Positions 13,925 to 28,329 of a stretch of 64,000 nucleotides of DNA are shown here, in pieces. Where the stretch lies: the NCBI GenBank assembly GCA_964016885.1, contig OZ024751.1:36704001-36768000 (forward strand), in the 5' to 3' direction. This DNA comes from Eledone cirrhosa. Taxonomy: Eukaryota. Both the position numbers and the translations under genes were made by a program. Positions within the stretch are counted from its first letter, which is position 1. Each line of letters opens with the position of its first letter. Under the pieces are notes generated by a model that saw only the letters and a program-made list of their open reading frames with translations, did not search any database and was not told where the DNA came from.

Positions 13925-14300
13925 GGTAAACAGAAATAACAACACAATCGGTGCAGTATATGGAAGGGATATATTAGGTTAACGCTTGATATAGCAGGAA
14001 GAGGGTCTTAACATTTCGGACGCTAGTCCTTCATCAGAAGAAAAAATGAGAAATAAAATAGATCAAGGGGACGAACGGGATGTAATTGGAACAAATGTCT
14101 TTTGATAAAAATAGCAGGTCCATTCATGTTGACATCTCTTGCCTGGGAAATCAGTAATCGTATAGTGTACGTTCGTAGAGATGGGATTTCTTGTAATGTT
14201 CTTCCTTTGTCATATATAATGTTTCTTTTAATGTAAAATGAAATTATTATTAGATTCTGCAGCTGTTGCATCAATATGAATCACTTACAATAAAATTTCG
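13925..14300 (-). mobile_element. Penelope-like element 3' end: decayed GIY-YIG remnant plus pLTR
   Basis: Minus strand tat ata tga caa ag ga aga aca tta caa gaa resembles YIGQ(T)GRTLQE with a stop and frameshift; hammerhead lies downstream; second copy of the tail at 31386-31480. Confidence 0.6.
14006..14041 (-). ncRNA. Minimal type I hammerhead motif
   Basis: tctt-CTGATGA-a-GGAC tagc GTCC-GAA-ATGT-T^aaga; minimal stem III related to ACGT. Confidence 0.75.
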
Positions 14301-14624
14301 CCGGAGATAGATTAGCAACATTTAATAAGCGGATGGGGGTGGGGTGGAATATAAACCCGGGGGATGGGGGATCTGATAAATTAAGAAGCATGGGGATTGG
14401 GGGGGGGGGGGGCATTTTAGACTGCAAAGACCCTCATCAGAAAACGTACTTATCATCTAATCAACACACACACACACGTGTATATATATATATATATATG
14501 TGTGTGTGTAAGTTTTTATATATATATATATATATACTGTATGTGTTGTTTAAGGGAACGGCAAATACAGACACACTTTGGCATCAGTGCTGTGGCAACT
14601 CATTATTTTTCTACATTTTTTTGA

Positions 14625-14814
14625 GGGCGGTGGATTGGCAGTATCGGTAGAGGGTCGGACGCCATGCTTTCCAGCATAGCTACGTCCGTTTACGATCTGA
14701 GTTCAAATCCCGCCGAGGTTGACTTTGCCTTTCATCCTTACGGGGTCGATAAAATAAAGTACCAGTAATGCACTGAGTAATTGCTGGCCTTGTGCCTAAA
14801 GTAGAAACAATTAT
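14625..14814 (+). mobile_element. Family-1 SINE, full length
   Basis: A and B boxes, body and tail closely match 3659-3846. Confidence 0.93.
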
Positions 14815-15404
14815 TTTTTTACAGTTGAGTGGACAGTACAATGTGAATTATTCCCCTTGGTGAACCTGGGAATCGAACTCACAACCTTGCTATCATAAAC
14901 CTAACACTCTAACTAACAATCCACCTGCCGCTTTGTAGTTGGAAATTTGGAGCACAGCAGAGAAAAATTGTGCAGAATTTGGTGGTCAAAACAACAATAA
15001 CAACAAAGAAAAATATCGATTTTACTGATCTGGCTGGAGACTTTAAGCAGGTGGATGTCTGATTGATTTAATCAGCTGGAGACAATATTGTGTATTGGCC
15101 GACGTATACATACATATATATACATATATATATATATACATATACATACATATATACACGGACACTCACACACACAGAGGCACGCTCATAGATAGATAGA
15201 TAGACACAATTGCGCGCGCACATACACGCACATACACACACACACACACTCTCACACACACATATACATGTATTATACATAGAGAGACAGAGTGAGGGGA
15301 GAGAGAGATAGGTGTTGACAGATAAATAGACAAAGATAGATATATAGATAGTTAGATGGATATATATATATATAGACATATATAGATGGATATATATATA
15401 TATA

Positions 15405-15594
15405 TAACGAATGAAGTGTGGTAAGGAACCAGATGGACCATAACACACCAGAGTACTCAATACTTAGAGTAGTAGTGTGGGTAATAGGAAAATGTTTAAC
15501 CCCGACGGCAGAGCTCAAGCCGTTTCGACGGCTATTTCACTCAAAAAAAAGCCGCCGAAACGGCTTGAGCTCTGCCGTCGGGGTTAAACATTTT

Positions 15595-15599
<5 letters not shown>
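15405..15599 (-). mobile_element. Palindrome-plus-tail element, copy 2 (arm type ggaaaatgtttaa)
   Basis: Tail then hairpin in reverse orientation, within (TA)n. Confidence 0.9.
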
Positions 15600-15666
<67 letters not shown>

Positions 15667-15814
15667 CAAATCTAGATATAGAGATAGTTAGATAGAGAGA
15701 CATAGATAGGTATAAGGTTAAACAGTTAATATCCAGAGGGAGTGAAACGGAACAGTAGACACGTGATGGCCAGACAGATTGAGGCTCTCTCCTCCAAAAT
15801 ACACATCAATGTTA

Positions 15815-16660
15815 CAAACACCACCACCACTGGTACTGTCACCACCACCACCACCACCACTGGTACCACCACCAGCCCCACCACCACTTACAACCCACCT
15901 CTATTGGCACCAGCTCCTCCACCACCAGCTCCACCACCACCACCACCACCACTACCAATTACACTCCACCTCTAATGGCACCAACACCACTACCACCACC
16001 ACCACCACCACCACCACAACAACAACTAGCGCCATCAACACTTTACACCGTCACTATCATCTTCACTACCAATACCACCGCCGCCACCATCACTGCAGCA
16101 ACTATAATTACCACCACCTTCACCACTACCACCACCACCACCACCACTACCATTACCCTCACCACCACCACCACCACCACCCTCCCCACTATCATCACTA
16201 CCTTCAAAGACGACCACTAACAACACCACCATCGCTACCACCACCACTACCAATAGCGCCATCGCAACCACCACTGCAACTACTACTACTACTACTACCA
16301 TTAACATAAACCTTAGCCTTCTCTCAACCCTCTCCCTCTTCCTCACAACCTCTTCCCTCCCCCTCTCAACCATCAACCTTCAACCACACACCACCACCAC
16401 CACCACACACCACCACCACCACCACACACCACCACCACCACCACACACCACCACCACCATCACCACCACCACCGCACACCACCACCACCACCACCACCAC
16501 CACCACCGCACACCACCACCACCGCACACCACCACCACCGCACACCACCACCACCGCACACCACCACCACCGCACACCACCACCACCGCACACCACCACC
16601 ACCACAACCACCGCCACACCCCCCATCTCCCCCACACCTCCACCACCACCACCACCACCT
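15815..16660. repeat. (CCA)n-rich low-complexity region
   Basis: Direct reading. Confidence 0.93.
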
Positions 16661-16675
16661 CAACATCCTACTCAC

Positions 16676-16824
16676 CGTTCCGCCATGTTACACTGACAGA
16701 ATGACAAAGCTGACGTTCCGAGTCGCCCAGATATCATTGTGAGAGTCAGTTGCAATGTTGCCACTCTTCCAACGTTTCGCTTCCCTGATTTTCAGACCTT
16801 TATCGGGTTTCCACGCTTCCAAAA
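16676..16824 (-). other. Candidate 149-nt host exon, possibly containing a start codon
   Basis: Acceptor tctttctctcag, donor CG|gtgagt, unique sequence between; aacATGGcg in strong Kozak context at 16686 gives M-A-E-(R). Confidence 0.5.
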
Positions 16825-17043
16825 CTGAGAGAAAGACTCTGACACAGACTCATCAATTGTAGCAGAGAATAAAGAATTCAGAATCCTTCGTCCACTGCCT
16901 CCCCCCCCCCTCCCCTTCCTTCTCACCACATTTATTATATTTACTGTGAAATTCCCTCATCACTTAACCCTTTGCTACTTTCTCGTACTTTCTATGAAAC
17001 AAAATCATCCATTTTAAAGCGTTTCTTTATAAACATTAAAATA

Positions 17044-17234
17044 AATAATTGTTTCTACTTTTGACACAAGGCCAGCAATTACCCAGTGCATTACTGGTAC
17101 TTTATTTTATCGACCCCGTAAGGATGAAAGGCAAAGTCAACCTCGGCGGGATTTGAACTCAGATCGTAAAGGGACGTAACTATGCTGGAAAGCATGGCGT
17201 CCGACCCTCTACCGATACTGCCAATCCACCCCCC
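17044..17234 (-). mobile_element. Family-1 SINE, full length, with 14-bp target-site duplication
   Basis: ttaaaataaataat at 17036-17049 and 17235-17248. Confidence 0.95.
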
Positions 17235-17310
17235 TTAAAATAAATAATATGTTTCTATAAGAGCCATTTAAATTATGTTAGTTATTCTATCTTCATAAAT
17301 ACAGGAATTA

Positions 17311-17475
17311 CCGTATTTCCCGACACCGAAGACGCTTCGTTCTCGAGAACGCACCCTAATTTTGACAACCAAAACAGAAAAAAATAGTAAACAACCTTCG
17401 CCCTCCAAGACGCAAGGTAGAATCTTGAGACTTATTATAGGGAAAAAGTAACGTCTTCGGCGTCGGGAAATACGT
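17311..17475. mobile_element. Tc1/mariner-superfamily MITE (CCGTATTT-type TIR)
   Basis: 24-bp TIRs ccgtatttcccgacaccgaagacg / cgtcttcggcgtcgggaaatacgt (22/24 match), TA on both sides. Confidence 0.85.
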
Positions 17476-17844
17476 TAATTATTTTAGTAAATCCCTCCAA
17501 ATTCTTCATTTATTCATTCAAAAACAGTGTATTATGTGAGGGTCGACGGAAAGGTCCATACGCTGACTGAAGGATTGATGCTAGAGCTGTGAAATATTGC
17601 ATGCATCAATTTCAACTATTCTTATTCAAAACTGCATTGTTTCTTTCCAGGGATTATGTTGAAACATAAACCCCTTTCAAAATATATTTCTTTCTAGGGA
17701 ACAAAGTCACCCATTTCAAAGGGCCCCTATTTTAATAAACATATCTTCCAACATATTATATATATGAAGAATTTGTTAAGTTATATTACAAATACTATCT
17801 TGATAATCTTTTTTAACAAAGGCAGAAAGGAAGAAATCTTTGTT

Positions 17845-17955
17845 GGGAGGAGAAAGTCGATTATATCGACCCCAGTGCGTGACTGGTACTTAATTTTATT
17901 GAGACCGGAAGGATAAAAGGTAAAGTTGACTTCGGCGGGATTTGAACTTAGAATG
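17845..17955 (-). mobile_element. Older family-1 SINE fragment
   Basis: gtcgattatatcgaccccagt...aaaggtaaagttgacttcggcgggatttgaac. Confidence 0.75.
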
Positions 17956-18089
17956 TATTATATTCTAACACACACACACACACACACACACATACACACA
18001 CACGGTGTTGACGAAATAAAGTAACAGTAATGCACATGGGTCAATTTAATCGATTTTGCCTTACTGGCTTTGTGCCTGAATCAGAAACG

Positions 18090-18169
<80 letters not shown>

Positions 18170-18197
18170 TATGTATATATATATATGTATATATATA

Positions 18198-18296
18198 TAG
18201 TAATAATAATAAATTTGAAGACCAAAATCCAAAGAGGGCTCGATAAGGATAAATATATATCAAATATATAAGAACCGTAGAGCAAATATTTATTAA
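18198..18296 (-). mobile_element. TA-embedded repeat, 3' part of the 33198-33360 family
   Basis: Reverse complement matches ~33262-33360. Confidence 0.85.
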
Positions 18297-18323
18297 TATA
18301 TATATATATATATATATACATAG

Positions 18324-18387
<64 letters not shown>

Positions 18388-18495
18388 ATATATAAAGGAA
18401 CGATCGACTTTCGTCAAATCGGACCGAGGGAACAATGTTTCTGTTGGTCTTTCCAATTGCTAATACTATCTATCGGTCGCAACTCCAGGTAGAAG

Positions 18496-18612
18496 GAGCA
18501 ACGTGAAATAAAGTGTCTTGCTCAAGGACATAACGCATCGCCTGGTCCAGGAATCGAACTCAACCTTACGATTGCGAATCCAATTCTCTAACCACTCAGC
18601 CACACGCCTTCA
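18496..18612 (-). mobile_element. tRNA-derived SINE (family 3) head
   Basis: gaaataaagtgtcttgctcaaggaca...ggaatcgaactc...ctaaccactcagccac; related copies at ~20530-20738 (-) and ~50075-50260 (+). Confidence 0.75.
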
Positions 18613-18625
18613 CTATACATATATA

Positions 18626-18704
18626 TAGGGTGTCCCCCAAAAATGTATACATATTTTAATTAGAATATTGTTAAAGTGTGAATATATTTTTGGGGGACAC
18701 CCTA
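18626..18704. mobile_element. ~80-bp Tc1-like MITE / hairpin in (TA)n
   Basis: tagggtgtcccccaaaaat...atttttgggggacacccta; resembles CAGGGTGTCC Tc1-type termini. Confidence 0.75.
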
Positions 18705-18887
18705 TATATACATATATATGTACGTGTGTGTGTGTATGTATATGCATAGTTATGTCTGTGTACGTACGTATATATATATATATATATATAAAAGACACAG
18801 AAGCGAGAAGCGAAAACCAACCAAACAGTGAGTGTGTTCTGTTATTAATTCTGGCAACATTACACAAATATGACTCTCCCCAAGTAT

Positions 18888-18938
<51 letters not shown>

Positions 18939-19360
18939 TGTATTTTTGTGTGTGTATGTATGTATGTATATATATGTATGTGTATATGTATGTACAGGAA
19001 TCCAGCACAATATTTTGGAACGCACCGCTTGTGTTTTACTTTTCTTCTCGTTTAGATCGATGAGTTCCCACGAGAATGGTGTTGAGTGGTGTGAGTGTAA
19101 GGAACTTTGAACCTGCTGTGATGTTGTGATCTATAGACATAACAGAGTTAACAGGCTTATATGTCATGAAGTATTATACATAATGATCTTTCCAGAAAGT
19201 CACTATTTAACTGTTAACAGTGAACTCTGTTCTATATAGCTATCTTTCTATCTACCAACCTACCTACCTCCCTCCTCCTCATTGAGGACACCTTTTTAGG
19301 TAAACTTCCGCCATTGTACTTGTCCCACTCTTTGACGCCCTGGAGGCAAATAAAAAGAAA

Positions 19361-19406
<46 letters not shown>

Positions 19407-19433
19407 TCAATCTGTGTATGTATCTACCCCTCT

Positions 19434-19465
<32 letters not shown>

Positions 19466-19470
<5 letters not shown>

Positions 19471-19662
19471 AAAATGTATGACCCCGACGGCAGAGCTCAA
19501 GCCGTTTTGACGGCTATTTCTGGACTGTCCAGAAATAGCCGTCGAAACGGCTTGAGCTCTGCCGTCGGGGTCATACATTTTCCTATTACCCACTCTACTA
19601 CCCTAAGTATTGAGTACTCTGGTACGTTATGGTCCATCTGGTTCCTTACCACAACTCCTTCG

Positions 19663-19664
<2 letters not shown>
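19466..19664 (+). mobile_element. Palindrome-plus-tail element, copy 3 (arm type ggaaaatgtatga; most intact)
   Basis: 60-bp arms 19466-19525 and 19527-19586 with a 1-nt centre and one mismatch, then the tail. Confidence 0.93.
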
Positions 19665-19712
<48 letters not shown>

Positions 19713-20079
19713 TTCTTTCTATCTCTCTATCTACCTTCGTACATACCTACTTATATATTTATCTTTCTATCTACCCCATCACACTCTCTCTATCTTTCTA
19801 TCTATCCATCTATCTATCTAACTGTCTGTCTATCTATCTATCAATCTATCAATGTCCCTATCTAGGCCTCAGTTGTCGGCTCACTTCAACACCACGAGAG
19901 CAGCGATGGCGGTGTGGTGGGGTAGAACTACTTGTCAAAACATTGTAATTGCTATAGACTTCGCTTTCTATTCGTATTTCTCTTAACGTTTAAAAACGTC
20001 CAGATGAGACTATTTTGAAATAGTAACAATTAATATTTACACACACACACACACACACACACATACAGACACACACAAT

Positions 20080-20136
<57 letters not shown>

Positions 20137-20529
20137 GTGTGTGCATATGTACATACTAAATTTCCGACCAGTTGTACATCATATCCATCACACTGATTGC
20201 ATATGCTAAATAATCTATGTGCACCAACACCAGTGCATGTATAGCAAGTACTTATGAAGCTGCAAATCTAGAAGCCTCTATATATTTGGTCGACCTGCTA
20301 CAAATAACAGCCAAATATATTTAACATCACAGCTTACCATCTTTTAAATAATAGGAAACACACAACGCTGCCTCTCACCCTTTCGTTGTCAATACCTAAA
20401 TTATTTATCTATTATGGTTGATTAACAGAATAATTAAGTTTGCGTCTGTTGCAGTTCTGTTTCATTTGAGTCCAAATTCTGATCCCTGTTACCAGAAAAA
20501 ATGGTGACATTATAGGATTTGAACCCATT

Positions 20530-20738
20530 ATTAAAACACAGAGAGATACTGCGTGACAGAGATTGTAACTTGGCTAACCCTTCAAATTACATGTAGGACA
20601 CATTTCTGTCAGCTGAGTGGCCTGCGGTAATCTGAAATAAAGTGTCTTGATCAAGGACACGGTATATCGCCAGAAATTGAACTTACGACCTTACGATCTA
20701 GAGCCGAATATCCTAACCAGAAAGCCACGCGGCTTCAC
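20530..20738 (-). mobile_element. Family-3 SINE, degenerate
   Basis: gaaataaagtgtcttgatcaaggacac and a tRNA-like head on the minus strand. Confidence 0.65.
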
Positions 20739-21160
20739 ATACAAACACACAAGCATAAATACATACACGCACATAAATAGTCAGGCACACACACACACAC
20801 ACATACTAGTGAGTGATTATAAATATCATAGTCATCATTTCTTTTACTAAAAGGAAAGAAAATATACAACACCAACAACAACAACATCAGCTCCCAAACA
20901 ACCCAAATATATGATTTTTTCCCACTCATTTGTTGTTCTTACGTGTTAGTAAAAGACATGACCCTCTCTCCTCCCTTTTTCTGTTGACTTCGTACCATTG
21001 AGTCTGGGCTGATTGGCACGAAATATCAAGACTTATCACAAACCACCCACTTATAAATATAAAACCTTTACTTTAGAAAGACGATGCTGAGAACATTTCC
21101 ACAATTTCTACCATTAAGAACTGAACCATTCCATCACCTTAAATCTGCTAGTAGTAGTAT

Positions 21161-21208
<48 letters not shown>

Positions 21209-21245
21209 CAGCAGTAGTAGTAGTAGTAGTAGTAGTAGCAGCAGC

Positions 21246-21277
<32 letters not shown>

Positions 21278-21284
21278 CAGCAGC

Positions 21285-21325
<41 letters not shown>

Positions 21326-22711
21326 AAACTAACTACTATCATGTACTAATATCTAGATATTTTGATTGTACTAATTAAACTATGTATGAAGTGAAAAAAA
21401 AAAAAAAATCGAGCTATTTTTCTTAACTTATTTTCATTTTTGTAATTTTGTTTTTCATTAAATTAATTTTTTTTTTCTATTTTAGATTTAATTAAAAAAA
21501 TAATTTCAACTATTTCCTGTTGGTGTACTGTTTCTGTCATTTGAACTTGTGCCGAATTTTTGACACTAATAAACCACAAGAAGAGAATGAATCACAATTT
21601 GGTTGTGATTTACTTTGAAATATCTGAATGTCCTCCCCACTACATACACCCTCACTCTCTCTCTGTCCCCTTTTCTCTCTCCCTCTCTTTTTCTCTTTTT
21701 CTCCCCCCCCCTCTCTCTTTCTCTTTTTCTCCTCTCTCTTTTTCTCTATCTCTTTTTCTTTCCCTTATCCTATCTCTTTCTCTCTCTGTGCTTTTCTCTG
21801 TGCACACATACGCACACGCACACACATAAACACACGCACACACATACACACACGCGCGCGCGCGCACACACACACACACACACATATATATAGAGAGAGA
21901 GAGATAGAGAGAGAGGGAGGGGATGTATATAAAGTTAGGCATGTGTATATATATGTATGTGTGTGACAGCATTTGTCGCTGTTGAGAATTCGTGAGTTTG
22001 AGTTAGGTTACATTAGTATTTAACTGTCATCTAAATACCCACTCTCTCTCTCTCTATCTCTCTGTCTCTCTGCTTCTCTCTCTCATTATTTGCTTTTGTA
22101 TCTGTTTCCCTCTCCCTCTCTATCTGCATCACTCCCTCTTCCCCCCTCTCTCTCTCTATATATATATAGTAGTTGTCTCAGTGGCCTAGTGGTATGTATG
22201 TATTGATGTATTTATGTAAGTGTGTATGTATGTATGTATGTATGTATGTATGTATGCTCTTCTGGTTTTATAATTTCACAATTTTTTCCCAATAGAGAGA
22301 GAGTCGGTTTCTAACATAGACACAAGACTCTCTCATTGGAATTTACACATCAACTAGGTAGATTATGTCTGCATGTCTGCATGTGTAGATATGGAAGTTA
22401 TTGTATGTGTGGATGTGTATGTTTTGAGTTGTATGTGTGCATGTGTATATGCTTTGTATCTGTACATGTGTATATGCAGTTATTAGATGCAAAATGTTTG
22501 GAATGTTTTACATTTTCTACTGTTCCATTAATGGGTTGTACTTGTAATTTCCTAACTAGTTGTGTTCTTTCTGTTCCTGTGAAGCCCAGCTTCTCAAGAT
22601 TTGTATTGAGGCAGTTACTAACATGCATGTATGTATGTATGTATGTATGTATGTATGTATGTATGTATGTATGTATGTATGTATGTATGTATGTATGTTT
22701 GTATGCTTGTC

Positions 22712-23140
22712 AAGGCAGAATTCTAGGAGAAGGAAAACTCTGATATAACACCTGCAACCCTGATGGTATCCAATGATGTTGACTTGTTTCTTCTTTTTGG
22801 TAAATATCATCTTGATTAAGAGAGTGGGACTGGCTTTGTGCAGTGCCTTTGCTCACTATAAAAGCTTCACGGCATAGGCATTGCTTTATATCTGGAGATC
22901 TCTCTGCACTTGTCGTCACATGGTACCATGGGCCCAGCACTATGTGTCAATAATTGTCACAAGTGTAGTGTTTGTACCAGAGTGTTCAAGTCGCTGGCTG
23001 GACTAAAAAGTCACACTCGTTCAGCGCATCGGTAGGAGTTCTCCTACATGGATATAAAGTAGTGGCCGTACTCGAAAACGAGTTGGCAGCCACCATGTAT
23101 GTATGTATGTATGTTTGTATGTATGTATGTTTGTATGTAT
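22712..23140 (+). mobile_element. Bipartite non-autonomous RTE derivative (5' UTR fused to 3' end)
   Basis: RTE 5'-UTR-type motif ctaggagaaggaaaactctga lies ~250 bp upstream of a C2H2-like end HKCSVCTRVFKSLAGLKSHTRSAH, followed by a (TATG)n tail. Confidence 0.65.
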
Positions 23141-24208
23141 GAATAAAGTACTTTTTCCAACATGTAGGTAATTTATCAAAAGTAATTGTCATCTTCCAAG
23201 ACGTTCGTTCATAGGAAGTCAGTACATGTACTTATCAACACACACACACACACACACACACACACATTGTCACAGTCACACACACACACATTGTCACAGT
23301 CATATACACACGCACACATACACACACACACACACACACACTCATACACAAACACACACAGGTAAATGACACAGACACACACACAACATATATATATATA
23401 TACACAGATAAATGACACAGACATACACATACATACGCACGTAATCAGACATATACAAACAACACACACATATACATACATACACAGATAAATGACACAG
23501 GCAAACACAGCCATACACAAACATACACAGATAAATGACACACACAAACACACACACACTTAACCAGGGACATATACAGAAAACACACGCAAACACACTC
23601 ATACATACATTAAGACAATCGTAGAAATAAATGGCACTGTTTTCACGCATGCTCAGTCGTTGTCTTCACTATAATCCTTGTGGTATATTTAGTACATGTC
23701 AACTATAGGAGTTCAGTTCCCTTTGGGAACGTCATGCTTCCCAGGAAAGTTAAGATAAGCCAGCTACAGTGATACACTGTCTATTTAATTAGTTGTTGTT
23801 GTTGTTGCTTTTTTCTATCTCTCGCCACAAGAGGGCGCTTCTGTCTAGGCCAACGAGAACGAGTCTACGTGGACTCCTAATTTGTTCAACGTCACGTCTA
23901 ATTAAAAACACGGTACATCATCCAATGGAAGGGGGATGGGCGCTGTTTTCATGTGGTATGGAATGAACCTCCGTCAGTTTCGACGATGAGTTCTACAGTT
24001 GTTCCCTCAACGAAACAATATGCTTATGAAACTAACGTGAAATGAATGTGGCGGCCCATTTCATAGACACGTGTACCTTTAAGATGACTTTCAGGAAAAT
24101 TCAGCGTGGTGCGATATGTAACAAAACTGTTTTTTTCGAATTAAAGGTACAGCCAAACCTATACTATTGTGTTGGTGGTTGAGCATTTCACAGACACGTG
24201 TACACAGT

Positions 24209-24488
24209 CAGGGCCGGATTTAATGGGAAGCATTGCCCCGGGCCACATCCAATGGGGGGGGGGGGGGGGGCAGCGACGGCCGTAGTAATTTATTTATGCC
24301 CTCAGATGGGCTTTTTTGTTTTAGGATGGTTAGAATTGTTTTATTTAATAGCTGTATGTATCACTTTTCAATTCCAATTACTTGCGCCAAGCTAACTTTG
24401 GTGTGTAAAATTGGGGGGTTTGCTGTGTATTGTAATTTCTTGTGTATGAGGGGTGCTCCAGGTCCCTTAAGGTCTAAATCCAACCCTG
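24209..24488. mobile_element. hAT-type MITE inserted in an older SINE body
   Basis: TIRs cagggccggattta / taaatccaaccctg (12/14 match); 8-bp TSD tacacagt / tacatagt. Confidence 0.8.
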
Positions 24489-24616
24489 TACATAGTGTGT
24501 GATAATTGTGACCCTTTGAATTACAGGTACAGTCAATCCGACGTAAAAATAAATGGATGGATAGTTAGATAAACAGATAAATGCATAGATAGACACACAC
24601 ACACATACACGCACAA

Positions 24617-24690
<74 letters not shown>

Positions 24691-24706
24691 ATATGTATAT
24701 TTGTAT

Positions 24707-24738
<32 letters not shown>

Positions 24739-24741
<3 letters not shown>

Positions 24742-24900
24742 AGAAAATGTATGACCCCGACGGCAGAGCTCAAGCCGTCGAAACGGCTTGCGCTCTGCCG
24801 TCGGGGTCATACATTTTCCTATTACCCACTCTACTACCCTAAGTATTGAGTACTCTGGTGCGTTATGGTCCATCTGGTTCCTTACCACAACTCCTTCGTT

Positions 24901-24901
<1 letters not shown>
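24739..24901 (+). mobile_element. Palindrome-plus-tail element, copy 4 (centre deleted)
   Basis: Deletion between the two internal agccgt direct repeats; tail intact. Confidence 0.88.
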
Positions 24902-24991
<90 letters not shown>

Positions 24992-25083
24992 GGAGGTGAG
25001 TTTTATTGATATGTTTTATTGATATGTTGATTTAAAACTGCACTATCCACAAGTGTTTTTTAGCCTTCATATCATGTTCTCCT

Positions 25084-25152
25084 GTTTTATCTGATGAAAA
25101 CACAAATATTATTGCATGATGATGTTTGTTTTTGAAATGCGCATAATAAAAT
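25084..25152 (+). ncRNA. Type I hammerhead ribozyme motif
   Basis: gttttat-CTGATGA-aaacacaaatattat..atgatgatgtttgttttt-GAAA-TGCGCA-TA^ataaaat; palindromic stem III. Confidence 0.8.
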
Positions 25153-25183
25153 ATATGGAACTCCTTTAACCATCTTTTGATCT

Positions 25184-25255
<72 letters not shown>

Positions 25256-25261
<6 letters not shown>

Positions 25262-25670
25262 GATATTAAACAAATGGAAACTATATTTATAAAACCATAT
25301 TTATTTCATTATACATATTTCGGGGATACCATATTAAAAATATGGCATGCCTTCGTCAGATAAAATACAATATATAAACAGTTTTATAAATAATTTTGAC
25401 GTACCATAAGTATGAGCGACCATTATGTAGGAAGCTGGTTTGCGTCAAAATTATTTATAAAACTGTTTATATATTGTATTTTATCTGACGAAGGCATGCC
25501 ATATTTTTAATATGGTATCCCCGAAATATGTATAATGAAATAAATATGGTTTTATAAATATAGTTTCCAATTGTTTAATATCGTATATCTACTCCAAAAA
25601 CTTGTCGAGTGCTTTATATCAGTTATAAAATATTTACTTGTTGTAACCCAACAATTTTAAATAAAACTTT

Positions 25671-25675
<5 letters not shown>
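25256..25675 (+). mobile_element. Hammerhead-bearing pLTR insertion with ~145-bp 5' fold-back inversion plus tail
   Basis: Arms 25256-25401 and 25443-25588 (one mismatch), 41-bp spacer, ~85-bp unique tail, (TA)n on both sides. Confidence 0.88.
25477..25542 (+). ncRNA. Type I hammerhead ribozyme motif (mirror copy on - strand at 25302-25367)
   Basis: tattttat-CTGACGA-aggcatgccatatt ttt aatatggtatcccc-GAAA-TATGTA-TA^atgaaata. Confidence 0.82.
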
Positions 25676-25725
<50 letters not shown>

Positions 25726-26191
25726 AATATTCAGTCTTATTGTCAAGTATTAACCAGTGACCTGCCGTCCTAGTTTTTGACCCGGTGACGTGTCAGAAAA
25801 TAGGTGAACATGATAACATTATTTTGGTCTTCAACATATTCTCCCTCTCCTCTCGTCAAGGACCACAAGAAAGAAAGAATACTTGTAGCTGACAGCTGAC
25901 GTCAAACATCACAACTAATACTTCCTTTCCACTGATGCATTAAGGCAGTGGGGCCCCAAGTCTTTTACCCCATCCCCCATCATTCCATTATTTATTTATT
26001 TATTTATTTATATATTTGTTCGTTTATTTATATATTTATTTATATATTTATTTATATATTCATTCAACCAGTTTAAACGTCCGTATAGAGCTAGTACACC
26101 ATGACAGGCTTAGGGAGATATCTAGTACCCTTTACAGTTAAAAAAGAAAAATGAGATAGAGAAAGAGAGAAAATGTCAGATAGATAGGTAG

Positions 26192-26240
<49 letters not shown>

Positions 26241-26623
26241 TTAATGGGGAAGGAGAAGAGAAATAGAGAAAAATGCGAGAGAAGAAGAAGAAAGAGCAAA
26301 ACAACGGGAGACAATAGAGATATAAATAAGATTTTTTTGAGGGTGGGACACAATGCCAAATAACTCTAAAGAGGCCATAAATTTCTGTTGTTGAGGTATT
26401 TTCATAGCCCCCCCCCCCTCCCCCCATGTATAGAAAGATACTTTTTACTGTTGGTAGATGTTTGACAATATATTGTAACTCCAGTCTTGGTAGATTATTA
26501 AAGACCAGTGTATATATATCTGATTAACACAACACTAAAGTTGATGAAAAACTTACACAGTAAAAATTAAAAATTTAACCTCACTCCCTATTTTTCTCCT
26601 AACTCCTACATTCCAGCTTGTTT

Positions 26624-26697
<74 letters not shown>

Positions 26698-26807
26698 GTC
26701 TCCCTCGCTCTCTCTCTCCCTCTCTCTCCTTCACCCGTAAATCTCCATTTACGGAAGAAGGACTTACTTCCGAAGTACAGAGCCCTCCCCAACTTCCTCA
26801 GAAGTCT

Positions 26808-26888
26808 TTAACTTTGCCTTTCATCCTTACAGCGTCGATAAACTAAAGTACCAGTAATACACTGGTTTAATTGCTGGCCTTGTGCCAA

Positions 26889-26905
<17 letters not shown>
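26808..26905 (+). mobile_element. Family-1 SINE, 3' half
   Basis: ttaactttgcctttcatccttac...gtagaaacagttatt. Confidence 0.85.
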
Positions 26906-27171
<266 letters not shown>

Positions 27172-27202
27172 ATATATATGTATATGTGTATATATGTATA
27201 TA

Positions 27203-28326
<1,124 letters not shown>

Positions 28327-28329
28327 ATA

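Noticed and set aside
14405-14445. Minus-strand CTGATGA-gggtctttgcagtct-AAAA
   Set aside because: Stem II mismatched, G12 lost, no stem I; too decayed to call
17532-17650. Possible mariner-type terminus (gagggtcgacggaaaggt)
   Set aside because: No partner TIR or transposase found; resemblance from memory only
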